The position numbers were made by a program, and so were the translations under genes. From contig JAQWMJ010000033.1 in assembly GCA_029246845.1 (NCBI GenBank), positions 1 to 19,041 of the forward strand: a stretch of 19,041 nt of DNA, given 5' to 3'. The number at the start of each line of letters is the position of its first letter. Within the stretch, counting starts at the first letter, position 1. This DNA comes from Thermodesulfobacteriota bacterium (lineage in GTDB: Bacteria > Desulfobacterota_D > UBA1144). Below the pieces are notes generated by a model. It made no database searches, was not told the origin of the DNA, and saw only the letters and a program-made list of their open reading frames with translations. Of the stretch, positions 8,566-17,583 are shown one piece after another.

Positions 8566-10209
8566 CTAGGGTAGGGCTAAAATCTTAAAATTATCTAGTT
8601 CTTTTATTATAAAGTTAGAACTTTTATAATTTTTATTTATATAAAGCCATAATTCATTGTCATAGATGAAGTAGATACTAGCACTGTTTAATTTTTTATT
8701 TAATATAGCTTGTCTTAATTCTTGATTTACTAGCTTAGCTCCAGCTTTACTAATTCTTGAGAAATAGCCTGTATTAATTCTCATATTATTTTTTGCAGCA
8801 AAATGAGATATTGAAAAATAATCTTTTGGTCTATTTTTTGTATATACATAGTTAATCTGTTTATAGTTTTTTCCAATCAGTTCCCAAAAAGGATCCTTCA
8901 TTGGTGACGCCCACTTTAAACTCCTTCCATTGTATACAGTAGGATTATTAAATTTAGTACTAAAATATTCTTTTGCTTCATGTAAATCTATAAATTGTAA
9001 GCTCACTATCAAGATTAATATTATTCTTAAAGTTCTCTTGGTGTAACTTCTAAATATAAAAATTAAAGAACCTAATATTATTAAATAAAATAGAATCCAC
9101 ACAAATCTACCTGAGCTTCGAAAAGTTTTAGTTAAGAATGTAAAGAAATCTGGAACTTGATAAGTATAAATTATGTTTTGTCCAAGAGTTATATTGTTTG
9201 ATAATGCAAAGAAATATGCAACCAAAGATACTATAATTATTGGATAATAGATTCTTAGGTTCAAACTTTTATATTGAGGGTTTTTAAAGAGAATAGTCAA
9301 TAGAGCGATTACTATTGCTAGGAAAATTCCTATACCAGGAAATGCAAAACCTTCATATCCAGACTCTGGTGTGGATAAATTATTTATAGTAATTGACCAT
9401 ATCTGGTCCGGATCAAAGAAGCTATTCAAATTCGCATTAAACTTTCCAAATCCTTTACCGCCAGCCCCTTTACCAATCATGAAATAACCAAATGTAAGCA
9501 GTGCTAACAATAATGAGACTAAAAACTTACTAAAAATTATTGTAAGTTTTTTTATATCATAGTTGGAACTCAATAATTTGTATTTGACTAAATCAGCAAT
9601 AAATATTCCAATTAGCATAGCACTAATATAAGCATTGATAAGCAAAGATATAATTATCAATATTGTCCAATATTTAAGGCTTAGTTCTTTAGAAGTTAAA
9701 TATAATAGAAAAGCAAATAGTATTAGCCAATGACCAAGTAAGCCAAAATGTCCATGAAGTCGCCATAAGAAAGGCGGAAGCATGGTAAATAATAACCCGC
9801 ATAATAGTATAGCTACTAAGTCATCTGTAAAATTACTAAAGATTTTCATAGCTACAATTCCCTGAAGAATAAAGCAAATATATGTCCAAATACCAAAATA
9901 TTGAAATTCAAATGGAATAAATTGGGAAAAAGGTTTGAATATAATTGCCATAATTGCTAGAGAGTCATTTAGCACCAATGAAGATCCAAGCTCTAGACCA
10001 TAATCAGTATTTTTAAAAATTGGAAAATTAAAAATTGATTGGTTTTTATAGAATTGCCAACCTAACCAATGTGTTTCTGTGTCACTTGGGAAAATCCAGT
10101 CAATATAAAAAGGATTTACAAATTTCCCCCCAGTAAAGTAAACAAACCATAGTGTCACAATGCAGAAGAAAATCATGTTCTTTTTAAACTCAGAGACTGA
10201 CATACACAT
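8566..10209 (-). CDS. DUF6311-like polytopic membrane protein, probable GT-C glycosyltransferase (paralog 5; alternative start 10203)
   Basis: 547 aa. Motifs WIFPSDTETHWLGW, NDSLAIMAIIFKPF, FQYFGIW, LWRLHGHFGLLGHW, YEGFAFPG, FRSSGRFVW, NTGYFSR. Confidence 0.85.
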   Translation of the reverse strand: MCMSVSEFKKNMIFFCIVTLWFVYFTGGKFVNPFYIDWIFPSDTETHWLGWQFYKNQSIFNFPIFKNTDYGLELGSSLVLNDSLAIMAIIFKPFSQFIPFEFQYFGIWTYICFILQGIVAMKIFSNFTDDLVAILLCGLLFTMLPPFLWRLHGHFGLLGHWLILFAFLLYLTSKELSLKYWTILIIISLLINAYISAMLIGIFIADLVKYKLLSSNYDIKKLTIIFSKFLVSLLLALLTFGYFMIGKGAGGKGFGKFNANLNSFFDPDQIWSITINNLSTPESGYEGFAFPGIGIFLAIVIALLTILFKNPQYKSLNLRIYYPIIIVSLVAYFFALSNNITLGQNIIYTYQVPDFFTFLTKTFRSSGRFVWILFYLIILGSLIFIFRSYTKRTLRIILILIVSLQFIDLHEAKEYFSTKFNNPTVYNGRSLKWASPMKDPFWELIGKNYKQINYVYTKNRPKDYFSISHFAAKNNMRINTGYFSRISKAGAKLVNQELRQAILNKKLNSASIYFIYDNELWLYINKNYKSSNFIIKELDNFKILALP

Positions 10210-10302
10210 TTTTTAAATCTACAATTGATATGATATAAAAACAAGAAAAGTATATATTTATACTATTATTTTAATTTATCTATTCTATTATTAGTATGAT
10301 TG

Positions 10303-10749
10303 ATGTTCATTAATAAACTTATATCCACTTTTTTCTATGTTGGCTTTTTACCAAAGCTGCCGGGCACTTTTGGTACATTAGCAGGAGCTATTTTATATTA
10401 CTTTATTAATTCTCTTTATAGTCCTACACACACCATAATGCTCATTGTAACTATAGCTATCATTATTGTCTCTGTCGTTACGAGTCATTATTCAATGGAT
10501 ATATTTGATTCAGAAGATCCTGTATGTGTTGTTATAGATGAAGTCGCTGGAATATTTGTTGCAATGCTTTTTATTCCTTTTTCTATTACTAACCTAGCAA
10601 TAGCCTTCTTTTTATTCAGGCTCTTTGATGTTTGGAAACCATTGTTTGTAAGAACTTTGGAAAGGCTTCCTGGAGGATTGGGTATAACTATGGACGATGT
10701 TGGAGCGGGTCTGATATCAAATCTTCTAATTCAAATTATGATTTATTAG
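10303..10749 (+). CDS. pgpA: Phosphatidylglycerophosphatase A
   Basis: Signature motifs GFLPKLPGTFGTL, DPVCVVIDEVAG, FFLFRLFDVWKP and GGLGITMDDVGAG. ATG at 10303 is preferred over TTG at 10300. Confidence 0.93.
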   Translation: MFINKLISTFFYVGFLPKLPGTFGTLAGAILYYFINSLYSPTHTIMLIVTIAIIIVSVVTSHYSMDIFDSEDPVCVVIDEVAGIFVAMLFIPFSITNLAIAFFLFRLFDVWKPLFVRTLERLPGGLGITMDDVGAGLISNLLIQIMIY

Positions 10750-10756
10750 TTACAAT

Positions 10757-11011
10757 ATGTTTATGTTTCTTAATGAAGATATTTATCGTATTATAGAAAT
10801 GGCTTGGGAAGATAGGACACCATTTGAAGGAATTAAGAAAGCTTATGGAATAAATGAGAAAGAAGTAATTAAGATTATGAGAAAAAACCTCCGGTTAAGT
10901 TCTTTTATCTTATGGAGAAAAAGAGTTCGTAATAGAAAAACTAAACATTCTGCGATTAATTCAATTCAATACCTAAGACATCAATCCAAAATCCATAATA
11001 AATATAGATAA
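10757..11011 (+). CDS. TIGR03643 (DUF2805) family small protein
   Basis: Characteristic RIIEMAWEDRTPFE...E.EVIK.MR..L..SSF.LWRKRV..R.TKH sequence. Start may be 10763. Confidence 0.88.
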   Translation: MFMFLNEDIYRIIEMAWEDRTPFEGIKKAYGINEKEVIKIMRKNLRLSSFILWRKRVRNRKTKHSAINSIQYLRHQSKIHNKYR

Positions 11012-11047
11012 TTTTATTTTAATACTATTTTGTTTATAGTTTTTATA

Positions 11048-13207
11048 ATGAATTTGTTATATTATCTACAGAAGCCTTTTTCCAAGAACATTATAGCTGC
11101 AAGAGCTTTTTTTGTTTCAAACATAAACTTTTTTTTATTGCTCTGGCTAGCATGGATGCTTTTCCCTCTATTTCTAAGTGGCTTTATATCAGACGATGCT
11201 TATAATTCCCAGATTCAAGGGATATTGCTTCATAATAATATTAGTTTATTTGATCGGATAGTCTCAGAAATTAGCTATTGGCTGAGTCGAGGAAGATTTA
11301 ATCCATTAAATTGGATATTTTGGTATTCTTATTTTTACCTACTTCCTTCTTTACTTTTGTTTAAATTTTTTGCTTTTTTTATAATTTATTTAAATCTGAT
11401 TTATTTTGAAAAAATTCTTAAATTCATAACACAATCAGGATTCTTATCTTACTGTGTAGTTTTCTTATTGCCAATATTATTTCAATTTAGATATTGGCAC
11501 GACCCCTTTTTAGCTTTTGCTTCTATACCACTTGCATGTTTATTATTTTTCTTTTCTTTGTACCTCTTGATTCGATACATCGAAACCGCAAACACCACTT
11601 ATTATTGGTATTATTTATTAGTATTCCTCATCTCTCTTTTGTGTTATGAATTATCTTATATAAGCCCGCTCTTTTATTTTCTTATTACATATCTTAAAAA
11701 TAAATCTTTAAAAAAATCATTTCTATTAATTGCTACACCTATTGCTCTTATCCTTCTTCATTTTATGATAAAAGGGTTTTTCTCTTCAACTTCAGAGCTA
11801 TACCCTGGGACAATGTTTAGCTTTAATTTCGACAATATAATTGAGGCATTTTATATCCAACTAATTTCAACTTTTCCTTTAACTTGGAAGCTTGCGGAAG
11901 GCTTCAGCAACCTTTCTTTTCTTAAAATTAACTTTTTAGATTTTATTGTTCCTGCGGTACTAACTGGCGTAGTATTTTTTTTATTGTCCACATTAATTGC
12001 TAGCGATGAAAATATTAATAAATATAGACTAAGATCATTGATTATTTTTTCATTGTTACTAATCCTAGTACCTGCTTTTATAGTTGCTATATCTGGACAT
12101 CAATCTGAACTAATAGAAGCAGGAATTGGCTATGGATACCTACCAGTCTTTTTTCAGTATTTTGGGTTAGCCTCATTAATTTTTATAATTATTAGGGCCA
12201 TTAGCCCCTCTATAACTTTGTCAATAGGTATTTGGTTTATATTTGTTGTAATAGTTTCTTTTACACGGCTTGAGAATTACCATGTTGTTCAGGAATCCAA
12301 TATAGTCTACAAGTATCCCAGAGAATTATTAGAAGCTTCAATAAAGAAGGGAATATTGGCTGGGGTGACAAAAAATGATCTTATAATAATTGATAGCAAA
12401 TATCCTTCTGATGATTCTTGGTTCTATTCTATGGTCACACAGAAAGAAATAAATGTTTGCTCCATTAATATTACTTCTAAAGGTAGGTCTATTTCTAAGA
12501 AAAACGTTGAAAGTCATAATAAGAAATTTGGTACTGATTCCTTAAGAAGAACTAATTTTCCATATTGTTTAAACTACAGGAAATGGAACAATTTTTATGG
12601 ACTTAGCTATCACAATTTTAGCGATTATAAGTCTGGACAAGTCATCTTTACTACATTTGAAGAGGTTAATAGGGACCAAAAGAATCAAAGATTTAAGTTT
12701 AAAAAATACAAAATATTCGATAAATTATCCAACAAAATTAGGACCAAAGTTGAGGGAAAATATTACGATTTTAATAAATTAAGGTCAATTGATAGGTCAT
12801 CATTGGGTAATGGCTATTTTTATTTATTACCTTCTTTATTGTTAGAGGAGGTTTTTCTTTCTTTCTCGGGGTTCTATGCTGAGGAAGGAACTAAGGATAG
12901 TTATCTGAGATGGTCTTCAGGAAAATCAAAAATTATCATTACTAATGATAGTGATGAACTTAAGAGAAGGGTGCTGAATTTTTCAATTGTAAGACCAAAT
13001 AATGAAAACTTACCATTGCAGATTAAATATGATAAAAAAATCATTAAGGATACAGTTCAAAATTACAAACAATTTAGCCTAAAACTCTTACTTGAACCTG
13101 GAGAAACTATTATTGAAATATCTTCTGAATTACAAAGCTTAAATAATGGTGATCCAAGAGAGATAGTATTTGGGGTTGTTAATTATGCCTTATACCTAAG
13201 TAAATAA
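11048..13207 (+). CDS. Large polytopic membrane protein, putative GT-C glycosyltransferase with soluble C-terminal domains
   Basis: About 720 aa (ATG 11048; the ORF track starts at TTG 11030). SDD follows TM1, then GRFNPL and LLCYE motifs, many TM helices, and a soluble tail ending in GFYAEEG...RWS...DPREIVFG. Confidence 0.6.
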   Translation: MNLLYYLQKPFSKNIIAARAFFVSNINFFLLLWLAWMLFPLFLSGFISDDAYNSQIQGILLHNNISLFDRIVSEISYWLSRGRFNPLNWIFWYSYFYLLPSLLLFKFFAFFIIYLNLIYFEKILKFITQSGFLSYCVVFLLPILFQFRYWHDPFLAFASIPLACLLFFFSLYLLIRYIETANTTYYWYYLLVFLISLLCYELSYISPLFYFLITYLKNKSLKKSFLLIATPIALILLHFMIKGFFSSTSELYPGTMFSFNFDNIIEAFYIQLISTFPLTWKLAEGFSNLSFLKINFLDFIVPAVLTGVVFFLLSTLIASDENINKYRLRSLIIFSLLLILVPAFIVAISGHQSELIEAGIGYGYLPVFFQYFGLASLIFIIIRAISPSITLSIGIWFIFVVIVSFTRLENYHVVQESNIVYKYPRELLEASIKKGILAGVTKNDLIIIDSKYPSDDSWFYSMVTQKEINVCSINITSKGRSISKKNVESHNKKFGTDSLRRTNFPYCLNYRKWNNFYGLSYHNFSDYKSGQVIFTTFEEVNRDQKNQRFKFKKYKIFDKLSNKIRTKVEGKYYDFNKLRSIDRSSLGNGYFYLLPSLLLEEVFLSFSGFYAEEGTKDSYLRWSSGKSKIIITNDSDELKRRVLNFSIVRPNNENLPLQIKYDKKIIKDTVQNYKQFSLKLLLEPGETIIEISSELQSLNNGDPREIVFGVVNYALYLSK

Positions 13208-13277
13208 ATTTTATTCTATTGCATAATATGGCACTCTTAACATTATTAAAACATTTAAGATATAGTGAGTTTTGAGC

Positions 13278-13958
13278 ATGGCTAAAAGTGCATTATTAAT
13301 TGGGGAAAAAAGTGATATTGGGGCCACAATTAAGACCTATTTAAAGAAAGAAGGTTATGTTGTTACTGGCACTACATCTAGTACTTTAGATTTGTCATCT
13401 AAGGAATCGGTAGATAATTTCTTATTAAAAAATAATAAAAAATTTAATTCAATAATTTTTGTAGCTGCAACGAATACTCCTAAAAAGTTTTTAAATTTAG
13501 AAGACAAAGACTTTGATTATTCTTATGATGTAAATTTTAAGTCATTTGTCTTTATTCTAAAAAACCTAATAAGCAAAATGCCAACAAATAGTAATTCCTC
13601 AATTATTATTATTTCATCCCTATTTGGTTCTTTTGGAAGGGATAAAAGATTTCTATATTCGAGCTCTAAACATTTTCTAAATGGTGCTATGAAAAATCTC
13701 GCCATAGAACTCGGAACTTATCGAATACGAGTAAACAGCATTGCTCCTGGGTTTATAGATACAAAGATGACAAGAAATAATAATTCAAATAATTCTTTAA
13801 GTAAGATAATTAAGAAGATACCCGCAGGAAGGCTGGGTAAGTCGAAAGATATTGCTGAAGTAGTAATGTTCTTATTGTCTTCAAAGGCATCTTATATAAC
13901 TGGTCAAGAGTTAGTAGTAGATGGTGGTCTTACTGCTGGTGGGTTCTGGGAAGATTAA
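13278..13958 (+). CDS. Short-chain dehydrogenase/reductase (FabG-like SDR)
   Basis: ISS...YSSSK catalytic motif, RVNSIAPGFIDT, ITGQELVVDGG. The nucleotide-binding loop is degenerate (IGEKSDIG). ATG at 13278. Confidence 0.9.
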   Translation: MAKSALLIGEKSDIGATIKTYLKKEGYVVTGTTSSTLDLSSKESVDNFLLKNNKKFNSIIFVAATNTPKKFLNLEDKDFDYSYDVNFKSFVFILKNLISKMPTNSNSSIIIISSLFGSFGRDKRFLYSSSKHFLNGAMKNLAIELGTYRIRVNSIAPGFIDTKMTRNNNSNNSLSKIIKKIPAGRLGKSKDIAEVVMFLLSSKASYITGQELVVDGGLTAGGFWED

Positions 13959-15107
13959 ATGCAATCTTTTTTTATTGATGGAAATAAGTTTAATTTTGAG
14001 ATTGATAATACTAAAAAAGTAATAAAAAAGCTTAAAATTCATTCCTCGCCTAAGGACTATGAATTAAGTCTTATTAGTGAATCAGTCGAAAAAAGTATCA
14101 ATAAGATAATTTCTGTTTCACAGACCCCTGTTTTATTGATAGACTCCAATATATATAAGATTTACGGTTCTAACATTAAAAAGAAGAGTATATTGATTTA
14201 CAAGTTCGTTGCTAAAGAAAATAAAAAAAATATTAATGAATGTATTAAATTTACAACTTTTTTAGAAAAAAATAACATAACAAAGTCTTCTACCGTGATT
14301 GTAGTAGGTGGGGGAATAGTACAAGATATTGGAGCATTCTCATGTTCAATTTACAAGAGAGGGATTAAGTGGATATATTTCCCTACAACTCTGTTATCTA
14401 TGACAGACAGCTGTATTGGTGGTAAGACAGCTTTAAATTATAAGAATATTAAAAATTTATATGCTCTTTTTTCTTCTCCACACAAAGTAATACTGAATAC
14501 AGAATTTCTCACTACTCTTCCTAAAAAAGATGTCTTATCTGGGTTAGGTGAATCATTAAAATTGTCTATTATTGGTGGAAGAAAGTCTTTAGAAAGTTTC
14601 TCTACCAACATAGATAAAGCCATTCAAATGGATCGTTCTGCATTAACTAGAATTATATTAACATCTCTTTTAATAAAGAAATCTGTTATCGAGAAAGACG
14701 AGTTTGAGAACAATGAAAGGAGATCTTTAAATTATGGACATAGCCTCGGGAATGCAATTGAACCTATGTCTAAATTTTATATTCCTCATGGTACCGCCAT
14801 AACTATTGGCTTGTTAATCGAGAATAAGATTTCTTTAAAAAAATTTGGCTTAAGCAAAGACTCGGATAAACATATATTAGATTTAGCGAAAAAGTTATTG
14901 TTGCCTAGATTTATAAAAAAACTATCTAATATTAACTTATCCACTGTTAATGATTATTTAATTAACGATAAAAAGGCACAAGGCAAAATCCTCAAAATAG
15001 CTGTTCCAACAAAAATAGGCTATTTAAATTTTTGTAAACTAAACTTAAGTCAAACTTCAACTAAAATTATAAATCAGTCCGTTCAATTACTTTTGAAAGA
15101 GTTGTAA
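13959..15107 (+). CDS. 3-dehydroquinate-synthase-like sugar phosphate cyclase (AroB-related)
   Basis: GGGIVQD, YKRGI, PTTLLSMTDSCIGGKTALN, KN, GLGESLK, DEFE...R..LNYGH, PHG and DKK motifs. No aroK or other shikimate genes nearby. Confidence 0.88.
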   Translation: MQSFFIDGNKFNFEIDNTKKVIKKLKIHSSPKDYELSLISESVEKSINKIISVSQTPVLLIDSNIYKIYGSNIKKKSILIYKFVAKENKKNINECIKFTTFLEKNNITKSSTVIVVGGGIVQDIGAFSCSIYKRGIKWIYFPTTLLSMTDSCIGGKTALNYKNIKNLYALFSSPHKVILNTEFLTTLPKKDVLSGLGESLKLSIIGGRKSLESFSTNIDKAIQMDRSALTRIILTSLLIKKSVIEKDEFENNERRSLNYGHSLGNAIEPMSKFYIPHGTAITIGLLIENKISLKKFGLSKDSDKHILDLAKKLLLPRFIKKLSNINLSTVNDYLINDKKAQGKILKIAVPTKIGYLNFCKLNLSQTSTKIINQSVQLLLKEL

Positions 15108-16399
15108 TGTCACAAGTTTTATTAATCGATTATGGTGCTTCTAGAATTAAATCGATACTTTATAATTCTATCAATGATCAACCTATTGCTTTATTTGAAT
15201 CTGCAGGATCATTTATGAAATATGGAAACTACAGCAAAATTCCTGGTTCTTTTTTCTCCAAATCCTTAATCTTACATTTGGACTATTACTCTGATAAAAT
15301 CTCTATTTTAAGAAAAGATTGTGATGTCAAAATTTATTTATGCTCTGAAATGCATGGTTTTTGCTTACTTGAACAAGATAGTTCTAATGGCACATATTAT
15401 TACAGCTGGAGGTTCAAAGAAAAATCTACAGATAGTACGTTAGAGAAACTTAATAATCGGGGGTTTTACAGCAAAACAAGAATGATTTTAAGGGCTGGAC
15501 TTCCAGTAGTTAACATCTTAGCAAGGTCTTTAAATAATGAATTAGGAGATAATAGTACTTTTTTGACTTTACCTCAGCTTATATGCTGCGAACTTGGAGA
15601 CCATTATAATTTGGCGTGTAAAACACTTCTGCACTCCAGTGGTTTTTATACAGATTTAGGTGCAAAAGAAGACGCGTTGGATATAACTGGAATGGATTTG
15701 CCAATTTCTTTTCCGAGTCCGCTCGATGACTATGAAAAGCCCTTAGGCTTTATTGCATATAAAAGCAATAAATATAACTTATATTTGGGTTTTGGAGACT
15801 TGCAAGCAGCTTTTCTGGGATCAAATCTGGCCCAAAATGACATACTTATAAATATTGGAACTGGATCACAAATTATTTCTAATTCTAGAAATGATTCTAC
15901 CTTTGGATTAGAAGAAAGGCCCTTTTTTAATAATGAAAAATTAAAATGTGTAACACATATACCCGCAGGAAGATTCTTAAATTCATGGAGCAAATTCTAT
16001 GATACTTTGAATTCAAATAATAATTTCTGGAAAGAGCTATCTCAATTAACTTACGAAGATTTAGAAGGATTTAACATAGATATTAAGTTTGATTTATACT
16101 TAGATTCTGAAAGTGAATATTTTGAACAAATTGATGATTTAACTTCTAACAATTCTAGAATCACACCCAAAGTCCTTCTCGCATCCCTGATGATATCTTT
16201 TTGTAATCAATATTTGTCTTATCTGGAAGATTCAATAACTAAAAACTCTAGAATCATATTGGGTGGTGGAATTCCTAATAAAGTTCCAGTTATTGCGGAT
16301 ATTATAGAAAAGAAAATGAAAAGGAAAGTAAGAATTAAAAAAGATGAGCATGACTTAACTTTAATAGGACTAAGAGATTTTATTAATAGAGGTTTCTAG
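15107..16399 (+). CDS. FGGY-family carbohydrate kinase, sedoheptulokinase-like
   Basis: Phosphate-1 motif IDYGASRIK, SEMHG, GDLQAAFLG, INIGTGSQI, RPFF, and ILGGG near the C-terminus. Confidence 0.78.
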   Translation: MSQVLLIDYGASRIKSILYNSINDQPIALFESAGSFMKYGNYSKIPGSFFSKSLILHLDYYSDKISILRKDCDVKIYLCSEMHGFCLLEQDSSNGTYYYSWRFKEKSTDSTLEKLNNRGFYSKTRMILRAGLPVVNILARSLNNELGDNSTFLTLPQLICCELGDHYNLACKTLLHSSGFYTDLGAKEDALDITGMDLPISFPSPLDDYEKPLGFIAYKSNKYNLYLGFGDLQAAFLGSNLAQNDILINIGTGSQIISNSRNDSTFGLEERPFFNNEKLKCVTHIPAGRFLNSWSKFYDTLNSNNNFWKELSQLTYEDLEGFNIDIKFDLYLDSESEYFEQIDDLTSNNSRITPKVLLASLMISFCNQYLSYLEDSITKNSRIILGGGIPNKVPVIADIIEKKMKRKVRIKKDEHDLTLIGLRDFINRGF

Positions 16400-17518
16400 G
16401 TTTACTACCTTTGACTTTTCATACCCTCTTTTTTCAATTCTAGCTTTAAGTTTTTTATTTTCATTATATGGCCCATCAATATGATTTATCGAAAGAATAT
16501 CATCTTTTTTAATATCACTAGTAAGAGTGACATCATTTATTATTTCATTACATGAAATTTGACCCTTGTTTAATGGAATTGATAAGTAAAAATCATTTTC
16601 AAAAGATTTTTGAGTAAATTTATAGCCTTTTTTAATATTCTTCTTTGCGTAAATCCCTCTAGTCAATGAGTCAAGATATTCTTTTTCTCTTTTAGATATG
16701 GATCTTCTGGAATATTCTGGTGCCTCTAACATCTCCTTGGCCTTATAGTAAGCTTTGAACCAATGGTCTACTTGCTCAGGCAATGAGCAATAGTTTGAAA
16801 CTTCAAAATCTCCTTCGTCTATATCTACATGCCTCTCCCAAGTTCTTGCTCCCATAGCATATGACAGAAGCATTGAGGATGACCAATCGTTATATTCATG
16901 AGAAGAAAACCCAATAATATTTTCTGGATATCTATCCTTGAGGTATTTAATTTGATTAAGGGCTAATTCGGAATCTTCTGTTGGATAAAGAGAAATGCAA
17001 TGATTAAGAGCCAGCGGAATCTTTCTATTGAAAAAGAAATTAACTATATTATCTAAGTCGACTTCTTGAGCTCCACCAGTGGAAACAATAGTTGGCTTTT
17101 TAAGACCTCCAATTTTCTCTATTAAAGGCCAGTCAGTTATATCAGAGCTGGCGATCTTTACTAAATCAAGATCAAAATCTTTAATTGTTTGAACTGACTT
17201 TTCATCAAAGGGAGTGGACATAGTCAAAGCTCCAACTCTTTTTATTTGATTAATAAGCTTTTTTAGATTTTTCTCAGACATGTAAGTTTGTTTAGTTTTT
17301 TTTATATATCTTATATCTTCAGAATCTTGATAGTCTGTGTGAATAAAAGTTTTGGGATCTCTAAATTGCAACTTTATCGCTGCTCTGACTCCATTTTCTT
17401 TAACAATCCTTCCATATGTATTTATTATTTTGATTCCTCTGTCTAAGGAGCCCCAATGGTTATTTGCTATTTCAAGGACAAATAGGTTACTAAAAATTTG
17501 GTTTTCTTTAATATTCAT
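16370..17518 (-). CDS. NeuB-family (N-acetylneuraminate synthase-like) PEP-dependent synthase with C-terminal SAF-like domain
   Basis: LEIANNHWG, IKLQ, STPFD, KIAS, IVSTG, HCISLYPT, IGFSSHE, GARTWERH, then RGIYAKKNIKKG. Confidence 0.88.
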   Translation of the reverse strand: MNIKENQIFSNLFVLEIANNHWGSLDRGIKIINTYGRIVKENGVRAAIKLQFRDPKTFIHTDYQDSEDIRYIKKTKQTYMSEKNLKKLINQIKRVGALTMSTPFDEKSVQTIKDFDLDLVKIASSDITDWPLIEKIGGLKKPTIVSTGGAQEVDLDNIVNFFFNRKIPLALNHCISLYPTEDSELALNQIKYLKDRYPENIIGFSSHEYNDWSSSMLLSYAMGARTWERHVDIDEGDFEVSNYCSLPEQVDHWFKAYYKAKEMLEAPEYSRRSISKREKEYLDSLTRGIYAKKNIKKGYKFTQKSFENDFYLSIPLNKGQISCNEIINDVTLTSDIKKDDILSINHIDGPYNENKKLKARIEKRGYEKSKVVNLETSINKIS

Positions 17519-17577
17519 ATGAATATTTTAATATTTTTAAAAATAATATACAACCAAGTAAAAGAAATTAATTTGTG

Positions 17578-17583
17578 TATAAT
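17578..17583 (+). promoter_or_regulatory. Possible sigma70 -10 element for the ThDP enzyme gene
   Basis: Consensus TATAAT 11 nt upstream of ATG 17595, within a 76-bp divergent spacer. No convincing -35, and the AT-rich background weakens the call. Confidence 0.3.

Noticed and set aside
13959..15107. Calling the cyclase housekeeping aroB, or a mycosporine/gadusol (DDGS/EEVS) cluster
   Set aside because: No aroK context and an altered His motif argue against aroB. It lacks the GHTxSP signature and has no adjacent O-methyltransferase/ATP-grasp genes, arguing against a MAA cluster.
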